Shown here one piece after another: positions 30,713 through 45,917 of a stretch of DNA of 64,000 nt. A program made the translations under genes and the position numbers. Origin of the DNA: Eledone cirrhosa (lineage: Eukaryota). Position 1 is the first letter of the stretch; the number at the start of each line of letters is the position of its first letter. The stretch spans positions 269,328,001 through 269,392,000 of the forward strand of contig OZ024743.1 of NCBI GenBank assembly GCA_964016885.1. The letters run 5' to 3'. The notes under the pieces are model-generated. The model did not search any database. It was given only the letters and a program-made list of their open reading frames with translations, and had not been told where the DNA came from.

Positions 30713-31445
30713 GTATATTTATACTTATACATATATACATAATAGTCTTTTGTATGTGTGCATACATGAGAGTCGTGTGTTGGTGTATACTGTAACATTT
30801 TAGCTTCATCTGTTATTTAATTTAAAATTTGTAGCGATGTAAGGATGGTGCTGGTGATGGTGGCTTTTTGAAGGTGGTGGTGATGGTGCTGTTCGTGAAA
30901 ATGGTGGTGGGTTTGTTGGTAATGGTGGCGTTGATGAAGGTAGTAATAGTGGTGGGGATGGTGGCAGTGTTGGTGTTGGTGAAAACGGTGGTCACGTTTG
31001 TGGTGGTATTAGTAGTAGTGGTAGTGGTTGTTGTTTTCGTGGTGAAAGTTTTGGTTTGAGGGATGGCAATGATGTTGGTGAAGAGGCGTTGTAGCTGCAG
31101 TTGTTGTTGATGTTATTGTCGTTGTTTTTGTTGTTGGTTGGGGTAGTGATGTTGGCGAAATACTTACTCGGAGTGGGGTTGCTCTAAACCTACATAGACT
31201 GATACAGAAGAGGATGGCGTTAAAGCATGGCTACTGGCTGTAGAGACATTGTGTGCGGGGGTTCGTATGTTCTGGTATTTTAATGTGAAAAACTTTTGCT
31301 GAGTTTGATGTCGATTAGGCATACAATATTCTTGTTTGCTGGTTGGTATTTTGGTAGGTTGGCTGGTTGTTGACAAGCCCCGACCACACATATACACATA
31401 TACATGTATAATACAGACACACACATATATATGTATATACTATCA

Positions 31446-31484
<39 letters not shown>

Positions 31485-32544
31485 GCATGTACACACCCAT
31501 ACATACACATATATATACACACATATATATACTTTTGGCACAAGGCCAGCAATTATCGCAGTGCATTACTGGTACTTTATTTTATGGATCTAGTAAGGAA
31601 GACAGGCAAAGTTAACCTCGGCGGGATTTGAACTCAGACCATAAAGGGCCGTAACTCTTTGCGGCAAAGCATGGCGTCCGACCCTCTACCGATACTGCCA
31701 ATGCCCCGCCCCCTATATATATAATACATTCCACAAAGCAATACAACTCCCAATAAACAGTCTCTGCCCCTCAAGTCCATCTCATCCTCTTGTTTATGCA
31801 ATTGCTGTATATATGTGTTATGTATTTTCCTATAGAAACCGCCGACGATCCAGGTAAATTAATTTCCTCTGGTTATTTGTTGTTTTTCTTCTCAGTCCGT
31901 TTCTACACGTGTCCCTTAATTCTGTAGAAAACCCTTCCAAAATCTAATTAGCAGTTTCACACTGAGACAACTAATTATTTCATTTTATTATTCAGTGTTG
32001 TTCGGGACATTCTAGCATTATTGACACGTGTTGCTTTAGTGTTACTATAACAACTGCAAAATCCTATTACAAACACACTCCTAATTTGGACCCCATCCTA
32101 AGATAGTCAAGTGTCAAAGTTCGGAGCTATTTTTAGTCTTTGAAGATGTGGATGGAACTTGCATAGAATTTGCTAGAAGACTACTAATAAGTAGCCACGT
32201 GATAATCAGTAACTGCTAATATCCCGTAGCAGAAGAGAGCATTCATACAGGTTTCACAAAACAATACAACCCAGTTGATCCGCTTGCACATTCAATTGCC
32301 GTAAATGCCTGTTTTGCATCTAGCTACATATATAGCTAGATGCGGCAGAAACCAGCGAAGGTCTAGATAAAGAAATTTTCCTTGGCAATTTTGTATGTGT
32401 ATGTGTAGTAGAATCTCGGTTTTGTGAAGCCTATCTTCTCAGGTTTTGTGCTGAGGCAGTTAGTAACACACCAGAATACCCCAATAGTCACGGTTCATTG
32501 GTTCGGTATAGATGTTCTCCTTTTCAATAATCTTTAACACTATA

Positions 32545-33310
32545 TAAATAACTATTGCGTAACTGATTTCCACTACAGCGCCTGCCTTCTTTTCATTATG
32601 TCTGGTCTGATATGTCTACGCTGGCGTATTGACTGGAATATACCATCAATAGTCTTTCATATTATATGTGAGTATACCCTCGTCATTACTGTTACATTTT
32701 ATATCTTCAAGACTATACTTCTTAAGGCGTGCATAGGACAGTGTTTTGGTTATTACATCATGCCTCATAGGTATCGTAATGACATCTTTGGACAGCTGCT
32801 TATGATGTCGGTGACATCGTCGATGTTTATTCAATAGAGTCTGCATCTATTATGGAATCTAAGGGTTTTACATGCTTCTCTGTTCTGTTTGTTTATATGG
32901 GTATTACTTTGGTATTTCCTATTCCTGGTCTGCAAAAACATATCCTTGAGAGGGGGAACTTATAAACTAGTTATCCATATTACTCCCAGTTTGAAGCTTT
33001 CTGACAATATAACCATGCATGTTTATCTATTTTTCATCCGCTGATTCGTGGATGTAGTGAAGGGTATGTGTATTTTTTGATCATCATTTAAGGAGTACAT
33101 TTCTAGAAGCTCCGTCTCAATTCTCATAATTTTCTTTGTTCCGTGTAGAAAAACCTGTTCCATGGATCGGCTTCTGTTCTTGGTGGTTAATGGATGTTGT
33201 CGAAGCGATTTGATGCGAACATGCAAATATTGTTTGGATAGTTGTTGAGGCTCTGCCTCCTCGTTTACGTTTTAGTTAGAGGCGATTAATGTTCCTGTTG
33301 CTGAAGAAGT
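32545..33310 (-). mobile_element. Heavily decayed R4-like RLE LINE fragment
   Basis: Broken frames give NINRL*LKRKRGGR, MHGY, CRL..DDVTDIISSCPKMS, MRHDVI, RPDI and VVEIS. Confidence 0.7.
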
Positions 33311-33974
33311 ATGCCTGTTATTGTATATGTCTGTGTGTACGCATGTATATATATGTATGCATTTACATTTGTATGTATGTATGTTTTAGTTTTATTATTT
33401 TGGCAGTATCGGTAGAGGGTCGGACGCCAAGCATAGAGTTACGGCCCTTGCCATTCTGAGTTCAAATCCCACCGAGGTTAACTTTGCCTTTCATCCTTAC
33501 GGGGTCGATTAAATAAAGTACCAGTAATACACTGGGATAATTGCTGGCCTTGTGCTAAAAGTAGAAACAATTATTTTACAGTATCGGTAGAGGGTCGGAC
33601 GCCATGCTATGCAGCATAGAGTTACGCCCCTTTACGGGCTGAGTTCAAAATTCCATCGAGGTTAACTTAGCTTTTCATCCTTACGGGGGTCGATTAGAAT
33701 AAAGTACCAGTAATGTGCTGGTGTAATTGCAGGCCTTGTGCCTAAAGTAGAAACAATTATTTTATAAAAAATAGAAAGACAGGGCGAGCCGGTTTCTAAC
33801 ATATAGACAAGAAGACTCTTTCATTGTAATTTTAACAATATAAACTAGGTAAATACGTATATATGTTTGTGTGGGTGTGTAGGTACGGATATGCAACAAC
33901 ACGTTGCATATTTGGATCTGTATGCACACGTGCATATGTTTCTATATATAGACATGTGTACATGCAGTTATTAC

Positions 33975-34465
33975 ATGCTGAACTTACATATTTTTACAGT
34001 TCCATTAAAGGACTGTACTGAACCTCCTTAACTAGCAATGCGCTTTCTGACTCTGGGAAGCTCAGCTTCTCAAGATTTGAACTGAGGCAATTAGTAACAT
34101 ATCCCAGAGCCCCAGTTCTCACCGGTATAAATCTAAAGGTATAGTCAGAGTGGAGTATCTGCATATTCCTCATTAGTTCAGCATAAATGTTTTCCTTTTC
34201 GCTAATCTTTAGCATAATATTGACATCTGCTGGACAGCTGTTTTCCACAACTGCACATGCCTTCTTTTCTCTGTCCCATATCACTATGTCTAGTCTGTCA
34301 TGTTTGTATCTTATTGGAGTTTTGACTGGAACATTCCACAAGTCCGCCTTCATATTACGTATACATGCGTCATCCACATCACTCTAACCTTTTGTATGTT
34401 TATTTTCAGGACTATTCTTTCTACGGAATGCATTGTAGAGTATTAGCCACTATATCATGTCTCAT
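33975..34465 (-). mobile_element. R4-like RLE LINE 3' fragment
   Basis: MRHDIVA..WNVPVKT..RLDIVIWDREKK..VVENSCP..EKENIY..FIPVRTGALG..GTVKICK. Confidence 0.85.
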
Positions 34466-34494
34466 ATGTAGATGTATGTATGTATGTATGTATG

Positions 34495-34707
34495 TTTTCT
34501 CTTTCTCTTAATTTTGAGTATATTTTTTTGACCGGCCACCTTCCTGGTGGCAAGGTTGTAAAAGAAAAGAAATTGTCATCCCTTGAATCGCAAGAATGTT
34601 TTGCAAATTTTGAAGGTGCCAGCTATCGCAGCCATTTGTAGACTATGAATTAGGGAGCTGCGCTTTTTGTCCGCAAATCCAAGTTCAGTCATACTTTGGT
34701 CCAAGCG
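34495..34707 (-). mobile_element. Extreme 3' end of an R4-like RLE LINE within (TATG)n
   Basis: RLDQSMTELGFADKKRSSLIHSLQMAAIAGTFKICKTFLRFKG* plus 3' UTR, with (TATG)n on both sides. Confidence 0.7.
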
Positions 34708-34771
34708 TATGTATGTATGTATGTATGTATGTATGTATGTATGTATGTATGTATGTATGTATGTATGTATG

Positions 34772-34973
34772 TGCGGCTCAGTAGTTACCGGCGATGTTGA
34801 TCTTTTCTTCTTCTCAGGTTATAGCTACTGTCGCTCAGAGAGTGGGATTGGCTCAGTGCACAGTCTTTCCTCACTTAAAAAAAAGCTTCACGCACAGGCA
34901 TTGCACGATTAATTAATTATTAATAATGTTATATCGTGCAATGGCCATACTCGATATCGAGGGGGCAGCCATC
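34772..34973 (+). mobile_element. Shorter RTE-related non-autonomous element, with an inverted copy at 45077-45375
   Basis: CTGTCGCTCAGAGAGTGGGATTGGCTCAGTGCACAGTCTTT shared with 45195-45235. (TATG)n tail. Confidence 0.6.
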
Positions 34974-35368
34974 ATGTATGTATGTATATATCGGGGGTGA
35001 ATTGGCAGAGTCGTTAGAACGTCGGATAGAATGTTTCATGGTATTCCTTCCAGCTCTCTGCTTTCTAAGTTCAAATCCTGCCAGGGTCAACTTTGCCTTT
35101 CATCCCATCGAGGTGGATAAAAAAAAGTACCAGGGTTATACTGGGCTCGATTCTGCCTCTCTCTGGAAGAAATCTGCTGTACTCAGGCCTGGTGAGGGAT
35201 GGGCTGTGCCAGGCTTAAAATGGCCAAGAAACGCCGTATGTCAAATACGGCGCTCCTCCGACTCTATCGGGATTTACGTGAGCATACATACATGTATGTA
35301 TGTAAGTATGTATGTATGTATGTATGTATGTATGTATGTATGTATGTATGTATGTATGTATGTATGTA

Positions 35369-35405
<37 letters not shown>

Positions 35406-35414
35406 ATGTATGTA

Positions 35415-35447
<33 letters not shown>

Positions 35448-35456
35448 ATGTATGTA

Positions 35457-35491
<35 letters not shown>

Positions 35492-35647
35492 ATGTGTGTA
35501 TGTATGTGTGTGTGTGTGTGTGTTTGTATGCATGTATATATGTATGTATGTGTCTGTGTATATGTATGTATATATGTATGTATGAACGTACGTACGTATG
35601 TATGTATGTGTGTATGTGTGTATGTATGTATGTATGTATATGTATGT

Positions 35648-36062
35648 ATCACCGGGAGAGATGACCCCTTAGCCTTTGTCAAGGCAGAATTCTAGGAGAA
35701 GGAAAACTCTGATATAACACCTGCAATCCTGATGGTATCCAATGATGTTGACATGTTCTTCTTTTTGGTAAATATCATCTTGGTTAAGAGAGAGGGACTG
35801 GCTTTGTGCAGTGCCTTTGCTCACTATAAAAGCTTCACGGCTCAGGCATTGCTTTATATCTGGAGATCTCTCTGTACTTCTCGTTACATGGTACCATGGG
35901 CCAAACACTATGTGTCAATAATTGTCGCAAGTGTAGTGTTTGTACCAGAGTTTTCAAGTCGCTGGCTGAACTAAAAAGTCACACTCGTTCAGCGCATCGG
36001 TAGGGGTTCTCCTACATGGATATAAAGTAGTGGCCGTACTCGAAAACGAGTTGGCAGCCACC

Positions 36063-36064
<2 letters not shown>
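35648..36064 (+). mobile_element. 5'-truncated copy of the RTE-derived element with a (TATG)n tail
   Basis: Highly similar reverse complement of 28040-28455. Confidence 0.8.
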
Positions 36065-36093
<29 letters not shown>

Positions 36094-36299
36094 TGTATGT
36101 ATGTATGTATGTATGTATGTATGTATATATGTATGTATGCATGATTCCAGTCTGTTGCTCTAGTCGTTAGGTTGTTCAGTGAAGTGTGAAGTGATATATT
36201 AATTTAGTGCAATAGCAATGTCAGTGACTAAGTGGAACACATGTGTGATTGTTGTACAACTATACAGAGTCAGGGCCGGCATTTCATGCTCTGTCATCG

Positions 36300-37095
36300 T
36301 CACACACACATACACATAGACGCACACACACACACATACATACATACGCACACACATATATATATACACGCAGACACACACACCGACACTGACATACATA
36401 CACATAGACACACACACACACACACACACATACACACATACATACACACATACATACACACCCAGACGCACACATATATATATATACACACAGACACACA
36501 AACCGACACTTACACACATACATAGACTCACACACACACCGACACTGACACACATACACGTAGACGCAAACACACACACACATACACACATAAATACACA
36601 CATATATACACACAGACACACACACCAATACTGACACATATACACATAGACTCACACATATACACACACAGACACACATACCAATACTGACACATATACA
36701 CATAGACTCACACACATATACACACACATACACACACAACGACACATACACACACACACATATACACACAGACACACACACGCAAATCGACTCAGACACA
36801 CACACATAAATAGACTCACACACACACACAAATATACTCACACACACACACACAAATAGACTCATACACACACACACAAATAGACTCACACACACACACA
36901 CACACGCACAAATAGACTCACACACACATAAATAGACTCATACACATAAATAGACTCACATACACACACACACACACAAATAGACTCATACACACAGACA
37001 CATAGACACACACACACATAAAGAGACCCATACATACACAAAGAGACTCATACACACATACACACACTCATGCATACACACATAGACACACACAT
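36300..37095. repeat. Degenerate (CA)-rich repeat with TAGACTCA and ACTGAC motifs
   Basis: Directly visible. Confidence 0.9.
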
Positions 37096-37369
37096 AAGCG
37101 TAAGATGTCTACTTCAGTTATGGCTGACAATTAGTTTTCACCCGGGAACTTCCTCTCCGAATATGTTTGATTTTGAATGTGTATATATTTGTGTACATGT
37201 GTGTATATTTTTTTGGTATATTTTGTGTATATGTATACTTTGTGTATATGTGTGTATTTCGTGTATGTGTGTATTTTCTGTATATGTGTATTTTGTCTAT
37301 GTGTGTATTTTCTGTATATGTGTTTATTTTATATCTACGTATTTTGTGGTATACGTATGTAGTTTGTGT

Positions 37370-40300
37370 TTATGTATCTATATTGTGTATATGTCTATAT
37401 TGTGTGTATATGTCTATATTGTATATATATGTCCATATTGTGTATATATGTCTATATTGTATATATATATGTCTATATTGTGTATATGTCTATATTGTAT
37501 ATATATGTCAATATTGTGTGTATATGTCTATATAGTATATATATGTCTATATTGTGTATATATGTCTATATTGTATATATGTCTATATTGTATATATATG
37601 TCTATATTGTGTATATATGTCTATATTGTGTATATATGTCTATATTGTGTATATATGTCCATATTGTGTATATATGTCTATATTGTATATATGTCTATAT
37701 TGTGTATATATGTCTATATTGTGTATATATGTCCATATTGTGTATATATGTCCATATTGTGTATATATGTCTATATTGTATATATATGTCTATATTGTAT
37801 ATATATGTCTATATTGTGTATATGTCTATATTGTGTATATGTCTATATTGTGTATATATGTCTATATTGTGTATATGTCTATATTGTGTATATGTCTATA
37901 TTGTGTATATATGTCTATATTGTGTATATATGTCCATATTGTGTATATATGTCCATATTGTGTATATATGTCCATATTGTGTGTATATGTCTATATTGTG
38001 TATATATGTCTATATTGTGTATATATGTCTATATTGTATATATGTCTATATTGTGTATATATGTCTATATTGTGTATATATGTCCATATTGTGTATATAT
38101 GTCTATATTGTGTATATATGTCCATATTGTGTATATATGTCTATATTGTGTATATATGTCAATATTGTGTATATATGTCCATATTGTATATATATGTCCA
38201 TATTGTGTATATATGTCTATATTGTTCATATATGTCTATATTTTATATATATGTCTATATTATGTATATGTCTATATTGTGTATATATGTCCATATTGTG
38301 TATATATGTCTATATTGTTTATATATGTCTATATTGTGTATATATGTCTATATTGTGTATATGTCTATATTGTGTATATGTCTATATTGTATATATATGT
38401 CTATATTATGTATATGTCTATATTGTATATATATGTCTATATTGTGTATATATGTCTATATTGTGTATATGTCTATATTGTATATATATGTCTTTATTAT
38501 GTATATGTCTATATTGTATATATATGTCTATATTGTGTATATATGTCTATATTGTGTATATGTCTATATTGTATATATATGTCAATATTGTGTGTATATG
38601 TCTATATAGTATATATATGTCTATATTGTGTATATATGTCTATATTGTATATATGTCTATATTGTATATATATGTCTATATTGTGTATATATGTCTATAT
38701 TGTGTATATATGTCTATATTGTGTATATATGTCCATATTGTGTATATATGTCTATATTGTATATATGTCTATATTGTGTATATATGTCTATATTGTGTAT
38801 ATATGTCCATATTGTGTATATATGTCCATATTGTGTATATATGTCTATATTGTATATATATGTCTATATTGTATATATATGTCTATATTGTGTATATGTC
38901 TATATTGTGTATATGTCTATATTGTGTATATATGTCTATATTGTGTATATGTCTATATTGTGTATATGTCTATATTGTGTATATATGTCTATATTGTGTA
39001 TATATGTCTATATTGTATATATATGTCCATATTGTGTATATATGTCCATATTGTGTATATATGTCCATATTGTGTGTATATGTCTATATTGTGTATATAT
39101 GTCTATATTGTGTATATATGTCTATATTGTATATATGTCTATATTGTGTATATATGTCTATATTGTGTATATATGTCCATATTGTGTATATATGTCTATA
39201 TTGTGTATATATGTCCATATTGTGTATATATGTCTATATTGTGTATATATGTCAATATTGTGTATATATGTCCATATTGTATATATATGTCCATATTGTG
39301 TATATATGTCTATATTGTTCATATATGTCTATATTTTATATATATGTCTATATTATGTATATGTCTATATTGTGTATATATGTCCATATTGTGTATATAT
39401 GTCTATATTGTTTATATATGTCTATATTGTGTATATATGTCTATATTGTGTATATGTCTATATTGTGTATATGTCTATATTGTATATATATGTCTATATT
39501 ATGTATATGTCTATATTGTATATATATGTCTATATTGTGTATATATGTCTATATTGTGTATATGTCTATATTGTATATATATGTCTTTATTATGTATATG
39601 TCTATATTGTATATATATGTCTATATTGTGTATATATGTCTATATTGTGTATATGTCTATATTGTATATATATGTCTATATTATGTATATGTCTATATTG
39701 TATATATGTCTATATTGTATATATATGTCTCTATTGTGTATATATGTCTATATTGTGTATATGTCTATATTGTATATATCTGTCTATATTATGTATATGT
39801 CTATATTGTATATATATGTCTATATTGTGTATATATGTCTATATTGTGTATATGTCTATATTGTATATATATGTCTATATTATGTATATGTCTATATTCT
39901 ATATATGTCTATATTGTGTATATATGTCCATATTGTGTATATATGTCTATATTGTATATATATGTCTATATTGTGTATATATGTTTATATTATGTATATA
40001 TGTCCATATTGTGTATATATGTCTATATTGTGTATATATGTCCATATTGTGTATATATGTCTATATTGTATATATATGTCTATATTGTGTATATATGTCT
40101 ATATTATGTATATGTCTATATTGTATATATATGTCTATATTGTGTATATGTCTATATTGTATATATGTCTATATTGTATATATGTCTATATTGTATATAT
40201 GTCTATATTGTGTATATATGTCTATATTGTGTATATATGTCTACATTGTATATATATGTCTATATTGTGTGTATATGTCTATATTGTATATATATGTCTA

Positions 40301-43220
40301 TATTGTGTATATATGTCTATATTGTATATATGTCTATATTGTGTATATGTCTATATTGTGTATATGTCTATATTGTATATATATGTCTATATTGTGTATA
40401 TGTCTATATTGTGTATATATGTCTATATTGTGTATATATGTCTATATTGTATATATGTCTATATTGTGTATATATGTCTATATTGTATATATGTCTATAT
40501 TGTATATATGTCTATATTGTGTATATATGTCTATATTGTATATATGTCTATATTGTATATATGTCTATATTGTGTATATATGTCTATATTGTATATATGT
40601 CTATATTGTATATATGTCTATATTGTATATATGTCTATATTGTATATATGTCTATATTGTGTATATATGTCTATATTGTGTATATATGTCTATATTGTAT
40701 ATATGTCTATATTGTATATATATGTCTATATTGTATATATGTCTATATTGTATATATATGTCTATATTGTGTATATATGTCTATATTGTGTATATATGTC
40801 TATATTGTGTATATATGTCCATATTGTGTATATATGTCTATATTGTATATATGTCTATATTGTGTATATATGTCTATATTGTTTATATATGTCCATATTG
40901 TGTATATATGTCCATATTGTGTATATATGTCTATATTGTGTATATATGTCTATATTGTATATATGTCTATATTGTATATATGTCTATATTGTATATATGT
41001 CTATATTGTGTATATATGTCTATATTGTATATATATCTATATTGTGTATATATGTCTATATTGTGTATATATGTCTATATTGTATATATGTCTATATTGT
41101 ATATATATGTCTATATTGTGTATATATGTCTATATTGTATATATGTCTATATTGTGTATATATGTCTATATTGTATATATGTCTATATTGTATATATGTC
41201 TATATTGTATATATATGTCTATATTGTGTATATATGTCTATATTGTGTATATGTCTATATTGTATATATGTATATATTGTGTATATATGTCTATATTGTA
41301 TATATATGTCTATATTGTGTATATATGTCTATATTGTATATATGTCTATATTGTATATATATGTCTATATTGTGTATATATGTCTATATTGTGTATATAT
41401 GTCTATATTGTGTATATGTCTATATTGTATATATGTCTATATTGTATATATGTCTATATTGTGTATATATGTCTATATTGTATATATATGTCTATATTGT
41501 ATATATGTCTATATTGTATATATATGTCTATATTGTGTATATATGTCTATATTGTGTATATATGTCTATATTGTATATATGTCTATATTGTATATATATA
41601 TGTCTATATTGTGTATATATGTCTATATTGTGTATATGTCTATATTGTATATATGTCTATATTGTATATATGTCTATATTGTGTATATATGTCTATATTG
41701 TATATATGTCTATATTGTATATATGTCTATATTGTATATATGTCTATATTGTATATATGTCTATATTGTGTATATATGTCTAAATTGTATATATATGTCT
41801 ATATTGTGTATATATGTCTATATTGTATATATATGTCTATATTGTATATATATGTCTATATTGTGTATATGTCTATATTGTGTATATGTCTATATTGTGT
41901 ATATATGTCTATATTGTGTATATGTCTATATTGTGTATATGTCTATATTGTGTATATATGTCTATATTGTGTATATGTCTATATTGTATATATATGTCTA
42001 TATTGTGTATATATGTCTATATTGTGTATATGTCTATATTGTATATATGTCTATATTGTGTATATGTCTATATTGTATATATGTCTATATTGTGTATATA
42101 TGTCTATATTGTATATATGTCTATATTGTATATATATGTCTATATTGTGTATATGTCTATATTGTATATATGTCTATATTGTGTATATATGTCTATATTG
42201 TATATATGTCTATATTGTGTATATATGTCTATATTGTGTATATGTCTATATTGTATATATATATGTCTATATTGTATATATGTCTATATTGTATATATGT
42301 CTATATTGTGTATATATGTCTATATTGTATATATGTCTATATTGTGTATATATGTCTATATTGTGTATATATGTCTATATTGTGTATATATGTCTATATT
42401 GTATATATATGTCTATATTGTATATATGTCTATATTGTGTATATATGTCTATATTGTATATATATGTCTATATTGTATATATGTCTATATTGTGTATATG
42501 TCTATATTGTATATATGTCTATATTCTGTATATGTCTATATTGTGTATATATGTCTATATTCTGTATATGTCTATATTGTATATATGTCTATATTCTGTA
42601 TATGTCTATATTGTATATATGTCTATATTCTGTATATGTCTATATTGTGTATATGTCTATATTGTATATATGTCTATATTGTATATATGTCTATATTGTG
42701 TATATGTCTATATTCTGTATATGTCTATATTGTGTATATATGTCCATATTGTATATACGTCTATATTGTATATATGTCTATATTGTGTATATATGTCTAT
42801 ATTGTATATATGTCTATATTGTGTATATGTCTATATTGTGTATATGTCTATATTGTATATACGTCTATATTGTATATATGTCTATATTGTGTATATATGT
42901 CTATATTCTGTATATGTCTATATTGTGTATATGTCTATATTGTATATATGTCTATATTGTATATATGTCTATATTGTATATATGTCTATATTCTGTATAT
43001 GTCTATATTGTGTATATATGTCTATATTCTGTATATGTCTATACTGTGTATATGTCTATATTGTATATATGTCTATATTGTATATATGTCTATATTGTGT
43101 ATATATGTCTATATTCTGTATATGTCTATATTGTGTATATATGTCTATATTGTGTATATATGTCTATATTGTATATATATGTCTATATTGTGTATATATG
43201 TCTATATTGTATATATGTCT
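37370..43220. repeat. About 5.9-kb satellite of 18/20-bp units GTCTATATTGT(G/A)TATAT(AT)
   Basis: Directly visible. Source of the artefactual 2068-, 1956- and 1051-aa ORFs. Confidence 0.98.
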
Positions 43221-44048
43221 GTTTTTCTTTGTTTGATATTAAAAATATGACAACGAATAGAAAAAAGTTTAGCTAACGTTATGTTTTCAATGACATCATA
43301 TCAGCCAACACAAATAATTAGGGGAAGGTGCAGGGGGAAAAAATTGTCGTCGGTCTCCAAACACAAAGGCATATGTCACACATATATGTCACACATGTAT
43401 GTCACACATGTATGTGACGTATGCGACGCTCCAACAGTCTTTAGTTAAAGCAGATATCTTTCCTTTGTACAGCTGTGCTCACATGTCAAACTCATCGATT
43501 TACTACACCCGTCTCCGGAACTCACTGATTCTAATGAAGCACATATGGTGTCATCTAGCCTAGATCGAATTGGCAAATGTGTTAAGCTGGCCAAGAACTG
43601 GCTCTGAGTACAAGTAAAATGGCTCTCCGCCTGTTTCGAAGACGAGTATTCCAGTTGTTCAGCTACAGAATTACCTTATTAGTCAGCTACACGTTGGACA
43701 ACATCTCTCGTCAAGGTGTTCACATACCACAGACACCATGATATCTATCTGATGTTGATATAATAGACTTAGGTAACAGTTATATAATTGTTTCTACTTT
43801 TGGCACAAGCCCAGCAATTATCCCAGTACATTACTGGTACTTTATTTTATCGACCCCGTAAGGATGGAAGGCAAAGTGAACCCCGGATTTGAACTCAGAC
43901 CATAAAGGGGTGTAACTCTATGCTGCAAAGCATGGCGTCCGACCTTCTACCGAAGTTGCTAATCCCCATAATAACAGCCTAATGGTTCTGAAATGTGCAT
44001 CATGGATGTTAAATTATATAATAAATTCTCTACATTTTTAATAACATA

Positions 44049-44229
44049 CCGTATTTCCCGGCGCCGAAGACGCTTCGTCCTCGAGGACGCACCCTAATTT
44101 TGACAACCAAAATTTTGAAAAAAAAAAAATAATAATAATAATAAACAACCTTCGGCCTCCAGGACTCATGGTAGATTTTTGAGACTTATTTTAGGAAAAA
44201 AGTAGCGTCTTCGACGCCGGGAAATACAG
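44049..44229. mobile_element. Complete pogo/Tc2-type MITE with TA TSD
   Basis: TIRs ta|CCGTATTTCCCGGCGCCGAAGACGC and GCGTCTTCGACGCCGGGAAATACAG|ta. Confidence 0.88.
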
Positions 44230-44559
44230 TAATATATATATGTATACATATATATACGCACACACACACACATATATACGTACACACACACACATATATA
44301 TTTATATAATAATGATTTCTACTATAGGCACAAGGCCAGCAATTTGAAGGGGAGGGCAAAGTCGATTAAATCGACCCCAATACATTACTGGTTCTTTACT
44401 TTATCGACCTGGTAAGGATGGAAAGCAAAGCTAACTTCGCCGAGATTTGAACTCAGAACGAAAAGAGCCTTAATTCTATGTCGCGAAGCATGTTGTCCGA
44501 TGCGCTACCGATTCTGCCAATCCACCGTCATTGCATAATCTGCAGGCTTTGAACCATTT

Positions 44560-45060
44560 ATATATGGTCGAGATTGTTCAAGTATCTGCGTACTTCCAGC
44601 TTGTTAGGCCTGTACACATCACAGCTACCCGCCATCACCGCAGGTCTTTTGAACGAATCGTTGTCTGTTATCTGTTCGGGGTCTAAGAAGTTCCAGTGCG
44701 TGAATCTAATTATAGTGGACGTAGTTTACACAGAACTGCGCTCAGTTTTCAAATAAAACCCGCAGGCAAAGCTGATGGCCCAACACAGGTTGGGTCGAAC
44801 AGCAACTAATTTATCTTCGGGTTTTTTACGAGAGTTTCCCTCTCCTAGTAAACTTTTGGATGGCCGTTGATTCTTATGAGCTCCTCCACCCTGTGATAAG
44901 TTTTGCTTTGATAAGTTTTTCCTCCAGCAGGATGTCCTAAAAATCACCCTCCTCACAAAGCTAGTTTTCTGAGATTGCCAGTTTAGTCGCCAACGACCCG
45001 ACCACACAGCAGGTTGTACTGGATTACATGTTATAAAGTACCGCTCGAGAGTAACCTGAC
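44560..45060 (-). mobile_element. 5' end of an RTE-type LINE (5' UTR plus a possible decayed APE start)
   Basis: Shares GTCGGGTCGTTGGCGACTAAACTGGCAA with 28565-28592. Downstream IRFTHWNF.. weakly resembles the APE N-terminus. Confidence 0.5.
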
Positions 45061-45873
45061 ATCCATCCATCAATACATGATGGCTGCCCCCTCGTTTTCG
45101 AGTATGGTCATTGCACGATATACCATTATTAGTAATTATTAATTAATTCCATCGTGCAATGCCTGTGCACAAAGATGTTTTTTTAAGTGAAGAAAGACTG
45201 TGCACTGAGCCAATCCCACTCTCTGAGCGACAGAAGCTATAACCCGAAGAGAAGAAAATATCAACATCATCAATAACTACTGAGCCATAGGTTTTATGTC
45301 GGAGTTATCCCAGTTTCTTGAGTTGCCTTCTCCTAGAAGAATGCCCTGACAAAGGCTAAGGGTCCTTCACTCCCAATGGTTTAACCGCGCGATCGGGTAT
45401 CCAGCCCGACTATTTCTATGTCCCCGCGCATACACATACACATACACATACATATGTACATGTGTATATACATATTTACACATTTTTGGATGGCCGTTGA
45501 CTCTTATGAGTTCTTCCGCCCTTTAATACATACATCCATACATACATACATCTATCCATCCATCTATCCATTCATCCATCCATACATATATCTTTTATGG
45601 GTATGTATGCATATATGTATTAAGTGAATGAGAACAGAATATTTTTTTGTTAAAATGCCTCAAGTTTCATTTTAAGTGGGAAATGAAAAAATATGTTTGA
45701 CGTTGTCGTGTGTAAATTTGTAGCCACAACAGCGTAAGAATTGCTCGTTTGAACTGAATAATATATAAACTCTAAAAAAAAAACAAAAAATAAACAGGCG
45801 TGGTGTTTTTGCTGAGGCCTTCATGGTGTCAAATTATATAAATGTGTGTGTCTGTAGGTGGGTGGGTGTTTGG

Positions 45874-45917
<44 letters not shown>

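Noticed and set aside
32050-32500. Possible minus-strand RT remnant (LDAKQAF, DGVQ)
   Set aside because: Only short, isolated motif echoes. Too weak to call.
37070-43276. 1000-2000-aa ORFs in all three plus frames
   Set aside because: The satellite unit simply lacks stop codons. Unit lengths of 18 and 20 bp shift frame freely.
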